IMG/VR virus record: IMGVR_UViG_3300034105_002260
Origin: a virus
Length of the DNA: 64,000 bases
Direction: 5' to 3' (one strand)
The position numbers and the translations under genes were made by a program. Below the pieces are notes generated by a model. That model saw nothing but the letters and a program-made list of their open reading frames with translations, was not told the DNA's origin and made no database searches. This document shows positions 56,255 to 64,000 of the stretch, one piece after another. Numbering within the stretch: position 1 is the first letter of the stretch; every line of letters starts with the position of its first letter.

Positions 56255-58068
56255 TGATAAAGAAAAAAATAATATTACCAACTAAGAAATTCTTCAAGGC
56301 AGATGAAGAAGACATTAACATTCGTGTTAATTTGGATGAAACCGAAGCATTACTTAGACAAGGTGATAAGGATATTATATTGGATATTGCTCAACTTTTT
56401 GATGATGAGAGAAATGATAGTAACAATTATAAAATTCACGGAAAATTAAAAATGGTTTTCAGGAATTTATATACTGGTACCACAACATATGCACCACTTA
56501 AAAGAAATCTTTATTTAAATGGTGATGGTACGGAAGCGTTAACAACTTATCCGGGTTCATTACCATATAACGAATTTGCGTTCCTTAGAAAAGATGTGTT
56601 AAGAGAAGTTAACATCCCACAAACAGGGTCAACTTTAACCACATTCACACAAAATATACAACTTACAGGTACCACATACACAGGACACACAACAACAACT
56701 TCAATAGATGCTCCATATAAAAATTGGAATGTTTATTTAAGTTATGCTTACGATAAAAATTCAGACCACCCAATGGCGTACACCTTAACTGGAGGTACAA
56801 CTGGATTAACGTATAATTTTACAGCAAAAGACGGTATCCCATTTAGGGTGGTGGATAATGGATCACAATATGTATTAACATCACCTGTGGAACACGGAAT
56901 GTCACAAGGTGAATATATCACCATTTCAACCACAGGTAATACTTTTTATTCAACAATTGGAACAGGAACAACAACAAACCTAACAGGTAGAACATTTTAT
57001 ATTGACTCCGTTGGTAACGAAGTACATAATTCAGAAAAATACGTTGTTAATTTAATAAAAACAGATTTTAAAACTGGATCAATATTAGGTAATGTTGTTT
57101 TTGGTAAAAGATGTATTGATAGGGATAATATAACGGGAACTACGTCAGAATATTATGTACACAAGTTAAAAACCTTAACAGATAACAACGATTATATTTT
57201 AGATAAACTTGGGTTTGAAACACCAATTTGGGAAGAAGAAAGAAAGTTAGTTTTTGAAACAAGTGCAGGTGATAATGATTATTTAGTGGAATTAAACAGA
57301 ATGGAATCTGTTTTATATGATTTTAAGGAACCATTAAATTTAACAGGAGTAACAAATAATTTAGGTTATACCCCAACAGAAGTTTTCTTATCTGTTATTT
57401 TTAGAAATGGAAACGGTTATTTTGATTACCCACCAAAGGTAGGTTACAAATTTCATTTTCATAACACTTGGATTGATAATCACTTCGTAGGATCAGGTTC
57501 AACCGAAACTGGAATACCAAGTACAGGTTTCACAAGTAATATTGGAACCACAGGTTTCACTAGAGGATTGGAATTACCAATTGGAACAGTATTAACTGGT
57601 GATTTTATTGAATATAACAGACAAGAATTAAAAGAAAGAATTGTTAGTCCCGCTTTTCATAAGTTCAATATTAAGTCCACAATTTTTAATCACGGACAAA
57701 ACACAGCATTAACATATGCGGGACAAAGCCCTGTAGGGTTATACTATCAACCATATTATAAAGTTAAATTAAGACAATTGTCACCATATATTGAAACATC
57801 AAATACTGATGACATTTACAATTTACCAGAGAACGCATCTTATTTTGAAGATGAAGGTTTATGGAAATGGAGAGATGTCTATGATATGGGATTTGTTGAT
57901 ATTGAGGGTAATGGTATAGATTATCCATTTATTAATAACATTCATTACGTAAAAAACGATATTAATTTCTATTTAAGGAATGAGGAGTATTATACCAATA
58001 AGGAAGATGGTATAACAAGTTTTAATAATAAAAACAACTTAAACGGAACAAATCTTACTGACTGTTAA
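56254..58068 (+). CDS. Virion structural protein (TGxT-rich)
   Basis: Position in the baseplate operon; Thr/Gly-rich. Confidence 0.65.
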   Translation: MIKKKIILPTKKFFKADEEDINIRVNLDETEALLRQGDKDIILDIAQLFDDERNDSNNYKIHGKLKMVFRNLYTGTTTYAPLKRNLYLNGDGTEALTTYPGSLPYNEFAFLRKDVLREVNIPQTGSTLTTFTQNIQLTGTTYTGHTTTTSIDAPYKNWNVYLSYAYDKNSDHPMAYTLTGGTTGLTYNFTAKDGIPFRVVDNGSQYVLTSPVEHGMSQGEYITISTTGNTFYSTIGTGTTTNLTGRTFYIDSVGNEVHNSEKYVVNLIKTDFKTGSILGNVVFGKRCIDRDNITGTTSEYYVHKLKTLTDNNDYILDKLGFETPIWEEERKLVFETSAGDNDYLVELNRMESVLYDFKEPLNLTGVTNNLGYTPTEVFLSVIFRNGNGYFDYPPKVGYKFHFHNTWIDNHFVGSGSTETGIPSTGFTSNIGTTGFTRGLELPIGTVLTGDFIEYNRQELKERIVSPAFHKFNIKSTIFNHGQNTALTYAGQSPVGLYYQPYYKVKLRQLSPYIETSNTDDIYNLPENASYFEDEGLWKWRDVYDMGFVDIEGNGIDYPFINNIHYVKNDINFYLRNEEYYTNKEDGITSFNNKNNLNGTNLTDC

Positions 58069-58862
58069 TGAAAATATTAAGAAACGATAGCGACATTAAA
58101 ATTCTTTTACAAAAAGAACAGAATTTCAGAACTGACGCTGGATGGGAAGGTGATTTGCAACAAATTGAAACTCAAACCCTTAAAAAGATTATTAACGTTA
58201 TTGAAAATTACGAAACAGTAAGATATGTGCACAACCCATATACTGGTTCAACGTTACCAACAGGGTTAAAACAAACAGACATTTGGTACCAATTTTATTT
58301 TTTAAGTGGAGGAACATATGTTCAAGATTATGACCCAACAGGTTTATCATCAAAAGAAAATGTAGAAATGTTAGCACAATTTAAAAATAGTTTTTTTAGG
58401 TTGGAATTTTTTAAAACACCCAACAACGTGGCTCCAGATAGAACAAATAGAAGATTAGTTTTTGCTAAGAATTTATCATTACCATTAGGTGAGAAATATT
58501 TTTATGAAGATTTAGGTAATTTAATCTTTAAACCAGTTTTTACTGGTTCAAACTACAGAAACTCAGAAAATATGTATCTATTTTGGTTTCAAGATGACAC
58601 CGCATTAAATGAGACGACATTAATAGGTAATACGTTTTGGATTTCTGCAAAATTCTATAATGCGGAAGACGCTTCTATTTTAGATTTTGTTAAAACCGAC
58701 ATCGGATCTGCTGAAGTTAAAGAATCAAACGATATGTACTATAAGATGATAATTGATAGAACAAATTATTCTTACGAAGTATATCGTTATAATAATGGAA
58801 CTCAAGGGTCTAGAATTGGAGAAAGTAATGACCCAATAAAATTCTATCAGAAAAAAGGATAA
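58068..58862 (+). CDS. Virion structural protein
   Basis: TAATG-coupled within the baseplate operon. Confidence 0.6.
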   Translation: MKILRNDSDIKILLQKEQNFRTDAGWEGDLQQIETQTLKKIINVIENYETVRYVHNPYTGSTLPTGLKQTDIWYQFYFLSGGTYVQDYDPTGLSSKENVEMLAQFKNSFFRLEFFKTPNNVAPDRTNRRLVFAKNLSLPLGEKYFYEDLGNLIFKPVFTGSNYRNSENMYLFWFQDDTALNETTLIGNTFWISAKFYNAEDASILDFVKTDIGSAEVKESNDMYYKMIIDRTNYSYEVYRYNNGTQGSRIGESNDPIKFYQKKG

Positions 58863-59782
58863 TGGAACCAAATAAATACGAAATATTAAAACAAACCGGA
58901 ATTACATTCAATATACCACTTTATTTAGAAAGTAGTGTGGATGAGATGGGTGTTATGGTTGGATTTGACGGGGAGATACAACAAGTGGACCAAATCGTTA
59001 ATTTTACCTATTCAGGTGCAACAGGGTCTAAAACAGTTACATTATATTCCACAACAAATCCAGATAAATTAAGAAAAATAGTTGACCAAGTGTATTCCAT
59101 CAATTGGGGGGACGGTTCGGTAAGTGTCCCATTTCCAGTTAATAAAAATATTCCAAACTCTTCTTTTCCCTCCACAGGACATACATATACTACAAATGGT
59201 ACATATGATGTTTCAATAACATTATCAGCTCCCTGGGGAACTCAAATAGTTAAAAAACAAATTACAGTACCAATTAACAATCCAAATACAATTAGTAATG
59301 AATTTGGATCATTTAGTGGGGTGACGATGCCAATTGAAATTGATTACATAAATAATTTAGACAATTCAACAGGATTAACGGGAAATGCCACCATTAAATT
59401 TATGGGTATAGGTAAAAGTAGAATTGAAGAATTAAGGAAGTACGGTCAAACAACTTTTAACGGGGTAACAACGGGTTCTACGGACGGTTCTAGTTGGAGT
59501 GGATATACTTTAGATAATCTTTATTATCGTGACTTTACAGATGGTTATACGATGATTACGGGTAGTACGTCTAGTTTTACCAAAGAAGAAGTGGTTAATA
59601 GAATGGTTACAAGAAATGAACATTTTTTAGGATTTATTGATGAGCCAACAATTTATTCTGACATTTTTGTTGAGAGAGGAAAACAAGGTGTGATGGAGAA
59701 AAATTTAAGATTAGGAGAAATTGACAACATAGGTGAAGTAGACATATACGGAAATGGATATTTTAATGTGAGAAAACAATAA
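58862..59782 (+). CDS. Virion protein with PKD domain
   Basis: INWGDGS...HTYTTNGTYDVSITL PKD signature. Confidence 0.75.
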   Translation: MEPNKYEILKQTGITFNIPLYLESSVDEMGVMVGFDGEIQQVDQIVNFTYSGATGSKTVTLYSTTNPDKLRKIVDQVYSINWGDGSVSVPFPVNKNIPNSSFPSTGHTYTTNGTYDVSITLSAPWGTQIVKKQITVPINNPNTISNEFGSFSGVTMPIEIDYINNLDNSTGLTGNATIKFMGIGKSRIEELRKYGQTTFNGVTTGSTDGSSWSGYTLDNLYYRDFTDGYTMITGSTSSFTKEEVVNRMVTRNEHFLGFIDEPTIYSDIFVERGKQGVMEKNLRLGEIDNIGEVDIYGNGYFNVRKQ

Positions 59783-59806
59783 AAATTATATTTATTATAA
59801 AAAGTT

Positions 59807-60724
59807 ATGGCAGTAGGAAGTTACGGAATAATTAGACCAGCAGATGTATCCCCAGCGGACGTAGATGTTTTTTATCACTACGTTCCAAATAGAACATCAA
59901 CTGCGGAGGTAACCTTAAAAAAGTTAAACTCACAAGAAGTCCTTGCTCCAGTTTTTCATAACGGAGATACCACAGAAAGTACGGACGCTCCAAATGTCGA
60001 AATTTTAGGTGGATTATACAACTTAACACTAACTTCAGATGATTTTAGTGATTTAGGAATATATACACTTCATATTAGACCAAAACAAATCAGAACCTCA
60101 ATTACGGATTGTGGTATTTTAGCTTCATTACCATCGGTTAGAGGGTTGGTTATCGATTTAAGTAACGTTCCATCTGCTGACAGAAACAAATTTACACCAC
60201 AAGGATTGGTTGGATATCGTATTGAGTATTTAAATTCAAACGATAACACCAAAGTTACAAATTTTTATAGAATAGTAACGTCATCTTTTTATTGTACACC
60301 AGTTGTTTCAAACTTAACTAGTACAACTCAAAAGGCGATTAGATACCAATATAGTGTTGCGGCTTCAAATTTATTATTTTTAACTGTAACACCATCTTCG
60401 GCACCATCAAGTAGACCAAATGTGGTTCCATTTATTGGTCAACCAGGACAAAACATCATTTTAACCAATACATTCTTTAACCCAACAACTGTTGAAGTGG
60501 AAATGGTTGAACACGATTCGTCAACATTAGCATACGCATTATACGGTAACCAAAGTAAGGCAGTGTCTTCAGGTATCTATACAATTTACGATAACAATAA
60601 CAATATCTTCAAACAATACAATCTTTATGAAGTTAAGGACGAGTTTAACGAAACCTTATTCGAGATTAGAGAAAACAAGACAGATATTGATGAGACATTA
60701 AATTTCGATGATATTACACAATAA
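59807..60724 (+). CDS. Virion structural protein
   Basis: 305-aa ORF with late motif at 59789-59796. Confidence 0.6.
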   Translation: MAVGSYGIIRPADVSPADVDVFYHYVPNRTSTAEVTLKKLNSQEVLAPVFHNGDTTESTDAPNVEILGGLYNLTLTSDDFSDLGIYTLHIRPKQIRTSITDCGILASLPSVRGLVIDLSNVPSADRNKFTPQGLVGYRIEYLNSNDNTKVTNFYRIVTSSFYCTPVVSNLTSTTQKAIRYQYSVAASNLLFLTVTPSSAPSSRPNVVPFIGQPGQNIILTNTFFNPTTVEVEMVEHDSSTLAYALYGNQSKAVSSGIYTIYDNNNNIFKQYNLYEVKDEFNETLFEIRENKTDIDETLNFDDITQ

Positions 60725-63700
60725 TGGCAAGAAGAAAAGTTCCAAGTCAAGTTGCGACAGGTGCAGAAACATTTAGCGATAGCTTAGTCGGTAGACAAAT
60801 TACCGACGGTACTAGTCAATTGACTAATACGAACTTTGCCATTGACCGTATCATACCAGAAAAAGATAGTAAGAAATTTAGAACTAGTCAATTTTCAGAT
60901 TTTTTAACGTTAGACGATTTAAAAGAGGAAACGGATTCCCCAACCACATCAACAAAAACCAAAGAAGAGAGAAAAAAAGAAATTAAATTTAAATCTTCTA
61001 AAACTAATGCTGCGGTTTCTACTTTCGGTTCATTAAGAAGTAGATTACTTGCATCGATTACACGAATTATTAAGAAATTCCCAGCGACATCACTTGTTGA
61101 TTCCGAGAGTTTAATTAAGAATTCAATTTATACTGCGTACAACATATCTTACGATTTTAATCAGAACACAACGGAATTTACTGTTGATTTTGCAATGATT
61201 TATAATCCGTTAGATGTTTCATTTATAAAACCAGAGAGTAATGTAATACCAACCACCGATAATGAGGTTAGAAATTTTTATTCATCATATAAAAAATATG
61301 TAATAGAAGTTTCAGGTACAACTTATCCTGTATTAACATATAGTGAACCAAATTCAAATAACGAAGTTTCATTTAAAGTTTTTGGTAAACCATTTGGAGT
61401 CTTATCAACTTACAATTTTAATTATTTAATTAGACCAAACGACGGTATAGTTGAAGAATTCTATATGGGGTTAGACGATTTGGAAGAAACACTCCTAAAC
61501 AGAGAATCTTCACCTAAATTCAAAACCTCATTCAAAGTACCAAGAGATAGTTTCGAAGGAGACAAAACAGAAATAACTGACGTTGAGGTTGCTTGGCCAA
61601 CATCTAAAGATGGTTGGAATATTAAAATTGTCGGTTTAGAATATGAAAATTATCTAACCCAATTAATTGATTTATCTGATGAAATAGACAATTACAAATC
61701 AAACCTTTTTATAAGGTTTATGAGTGCTCCTCAATTGTATGAGTTCGATAGTGACGATAAAAAAATAGAATCAATATTTCAATTATACGGTCAAAATTTT
61801 GACAAGGTAAAAAAATACATATCGAACATTGCAAATATGCGTAATGTTTCGTACGATGGTATTAATAACGTTCCTGACGTATTATTAAAAAACTTAGCAA
61901 ATACGTTAGGTCTATCAACAGTTAGTCTTTTAGATGAAAAACAAATTGATGAGTTATTATACGTTAGACAAGATTCCCAATACGAGGCGGTTAACCTTGG
62001 TACAAACATTGTTGACGCTGAATATGAATTTTACAGAAGATTATTAGTCAATTTAGTTGAATTATACAAATCAAAAGGTACAAGAAAATCTATTGAATTT
62101 TTCTTACAATTCTTAGGTGCTCCTGAACCAATGATTAAAATAAACGAATACGTTTATAAAGTAGTTGGGTTCCCTAAGTCTTTAGATTTAGAGTCGGATA
62201 TTTGGGATGTTATTGAAGGTACAAAAGTTAATACAACTCTAACCTTCGATGAAGACACATTTTCATATATAACAGGAACTACAACATCAAAAACAACTTA
62301 CGATAGAAAAGAATATCCAGTAATTGAAAACACAATCTTACCTAGACGAGCGTATGACGATGTAACTGATATGTTCTTCCAAAAAGGTGCGGGTTGGTAT
62401 GAGAAAACATTAGACCATAGATCTTCAATGATTTTGGATAAGGAATTGTCAAAAGGAACTTATGTTAATGGTGAATTCCAATTAACAGGTAGAACCAAAA
62501 CAATTAAAACCAAATCAAAAGATTTTACATATGGTGAGGATTATTTCGATGTATTCAGAACTTTACCTGGTTTAGATACGGGATTTGATATTGTTAATCA
62601 AATTGATAATAAGAAATCACACCCAACAGATGACGGTTCAGTTTATTTATTAAATAGAAAAAATATTAGTATTAACCTATCGGCAGCTCAAACTCTTGAT
62701 TATGACATTTATAGAAAATCTAGAGAATTAAGTTTGTCATTTGGTAGTGTAACGTTAACACCACAAACGGGGGTAACCTTTGCTGAATTTTTAAATAAAA
62801 CATTAAGTGAACAAATTAAAAATTCAAACACTGTAAAGTACAAAAAGAATTATATTATTCTTGAGGACATTTATAGGGATTATATTACAAATACAAGTTT
62901 CACACCATATAATCTTCCCGATATTACGGAGTTCATCAATAAGATGAGTCCATATTGGACACAAGTAATCGACCAATTTATACCTGCAACCACATTATGG
63001 ATGGGAGGTAATTTAATTGAGAATGGTTTATTTGGTCGTTCAAAATATCAATACAAATTCGGATGTCAACCAAGAGAATTTATCGAGGAGTTATATCCAG
63101 ATTTTGAAACGGCAATTGAAGAAGATTTAGAGACATTACTTGGAGATGAAGATAACTTTAGAGGATTATTAAATTCAACAGGAGTTACTTATTATCCAAT
63201 AATCGAAATAGATGGGGTAGTTTATACTGGTAACGCTGTTGTTGTTAGCGGAATTGTTAACACATCAACTAGCGCTAAATTATTTGATGAATGGATTTTA
63301 AATGACTGTACTTGTTACTTTAGTGGTACCGCTTTATTAAATGGACCAACAAGAACATATACACATAAGTTACCATTAATTTGTGACTATAAACAATATA
63401 TTAATCCAGATGTTACCAAAATAAAAGAACTTTGGAGACAATCATTAGTTACGTTAATTAATTTTATTAATTCGAACACTGATATAGATGAGGCTGGGTG
63501 TATTGACACATATGAACCATATGCTTTAGCCGCAAGATGGCCTTGTTATAGTGGATGTACTTTAAGTGGTACAACAAAATATGGTACATCACCAAACACA
63601 TTACCAGGACCATATCAATGTGTTGGGGTAGATAAGAAATTAATTGATCATCAGTTTTTTACTGATACTGACGGTGTTGAAAAAATTAAATTCACATCAA

Positions 63701-64000
63701 TAAAACACGGTCCAAACGACTGTTCGGTTGAGGAATATTTTGATTATAAATTTAAATCATTAAACGACCCACAATTAACAAATTGTGGAATTGAGTTGGA
63801 CTTTTCAAACGAATGCCCCAACGGTAAATTAACAACATATGTGTTGGGTAGTGAGGTTGATTGTAAAATCAAAGGTGATGTAACTATTAAAATTACAGGT
63901 ACCACCGTAACAGTACAAAGTGGGTCAACAACCAATTGGCCAGTCTATGTTCATAAAAATTGTGAGATTGGAGTTAATCCATTGTCAAATTATTCATTAT
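60724..64000 (+). CDS. Large baseplate wedge protein (gp7/P2 gpI-like domain), truncated by window edge
   Basis: ATG at 60724 (TAATG), MARRKVPSQ...; contains LKNLANTLG and ELYKSKGTRKSIEFFL motifs; absent from ORF track, consistent with no in-frame stop. Confidence 0.75.
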   Translation, partial: MARRKVPSQVATGAETFSDSLVGRQITDGTSQLTNTNFAIDRIIPEKDSKKFRTSQFSDFLTLDDLKEETDSPTTSTKTKEERKKEIKFKSSKTNAAVSTFGSLRSRLLASITRIIKKFPATSLVDSESLIKNSIYTAYNISYDFNQNTTEFTVDFAMIYNPLDVSFIKPESNVIPTTDNEVRNFYSSYKKYVIEVSGTTYPVLTYSEPNSNNEVSFKVFGKPFGVLSTYNFNYLIRPNDGIVEEFYMGLDDLEETLLNRESSPKFKTSFKVPRDSFEGDKTEITDVEVAWPTSKDGWNIKIVGLEYENYLTQLIDLSDEIDNYKSNLFIRFMSAPQLYEFDSDDKKIESIFQLYGQNFDKVKKYISNIANMRNVSYDGINNVPDVLLKNLANTLGLSTVSLLDEKQIDELLYVRQDSQYEAVNLGTNIVDAEYEFYRRLLVNLVELYKSKGTRKSIEFFLQFLGAPEPMIKINEYVYKVVGFPKSLDLESDIWDVIEGTKVNTTLTFDEDTFSYITGTTTSKTTYDRKEYPVIENTILPRRAYDDVTDMFFQKGAGWYEKTLDHRSSMILDKELSKGTYVNGEFQLTGRTKTIKTKSKDFTYGEDYFDVFRTLPGLDTGFDIVNQIDNKKSHPTDDGSVYLLNRKNISINLSAAQTLDYDIYRKSRELSLSFGSVTLTPQTGVTFAEFLNKTLSEQIKNSNTVKYKKNYIILEDIYRDYITNTSFTPYNLPDITEFINKMSPYWTQVIDQFIPATTLWMGGNLIENGLFGRSKYQYKFGCQPREFIEELYPDFETAIEEDLETLLGDEDNFRGLLNSTGVTYYPIIEIDGVVYTGNAVVVSGIVNTSTSAKLFDEWILNDCTCYFSGTALLNGPTRTYTHKLPLICDYKQYINPDVTKIKELWRQSLVTLINFINSNTDIDEAGCIDTYEPYALAARWPCYSGCTLSGTTKYGTSPNTLPGPYQCVGVDKKLIDHQFFTDTDGVEKIKFTSIKHGPNDCSVEEYFDYKFKSLNDPQLTNCGIELDFSNECPNGKLTTYVLGSEVDCKIKGDVTIKITGTTVTVQSGSTTNWPVYVHKNCEIGVNPLSNYSL

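Noticed and set aside
326-63935. Numerous short antisense or nested ORFs in the ORF track
   Set aside because: Shadow frames of long genes, with no recognisable motifs or expression signals
1-64000. Stop-codon recoding (TAG/TGA) as in some large phages
   Set aside because: Core genes are full length in the standard code and coding density is high
21846-64000. eCIS, tailocin or T6SS locus
   Set aside because: Interleaved with neck genes, DNA polymerase, helicase, SSB and RNR, so it is a phage genome
1-64000. tRNA, rRNA, integrase or transposase genes
   Set aside because: None recognisable; intergenic gaps are short and AT-rich

Overview
AT-rich 64 kb segment of a large lytic contractile-tailed dsDNA phage with a T4-superfamily-like gene set. 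The host is probably Bacteroidota, based on TTTG-N20-TAnnTTTG promoters, a Bacteroidota-type NrdAB and a DUF4494-like gene. The left arm (minus strand) carries a gp55-like late sigma factor, three glycosyltransferases, a degenerate HAD, phoH, dUTPase and a putative head-associated operon (WYL-domain protein, 47-aa repeat protein). The middle carries family-B DNA polymerase, neck genes, an SNF2 helicase, a PD-(D/E)XK nuclease, sheath, tube, chaperone, tape measure and hub genes. A replication block (gp32-like SSB, RecA/UvsX, 5'-3' exonuclease, DnaB-like helicase, nrdB, nrdA) then splits the tail/baseplate module. The most notable signals are: (1) a pervasive [S/T]-G-x-T motif concentrated in virion proteins, a candidate glycosylation sequon for the phage's own glycosyltransferases; (2) a late-promoter motif TATTTAT(A/T), the reverse complement of T4's TATAAATA, at about 16 sites; (3) a +1 frameshift at UUU-CGC in the tail chaperone; (4) an unannotated RHH gene with helically phased AAGATA repeats; (5) a parS-like site beside an AT-rich, origin-like spacer; (6) a WYL protein with putative capsid-targeting motifs. 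All functional calls come from motif recognition by eye; no searches were run.
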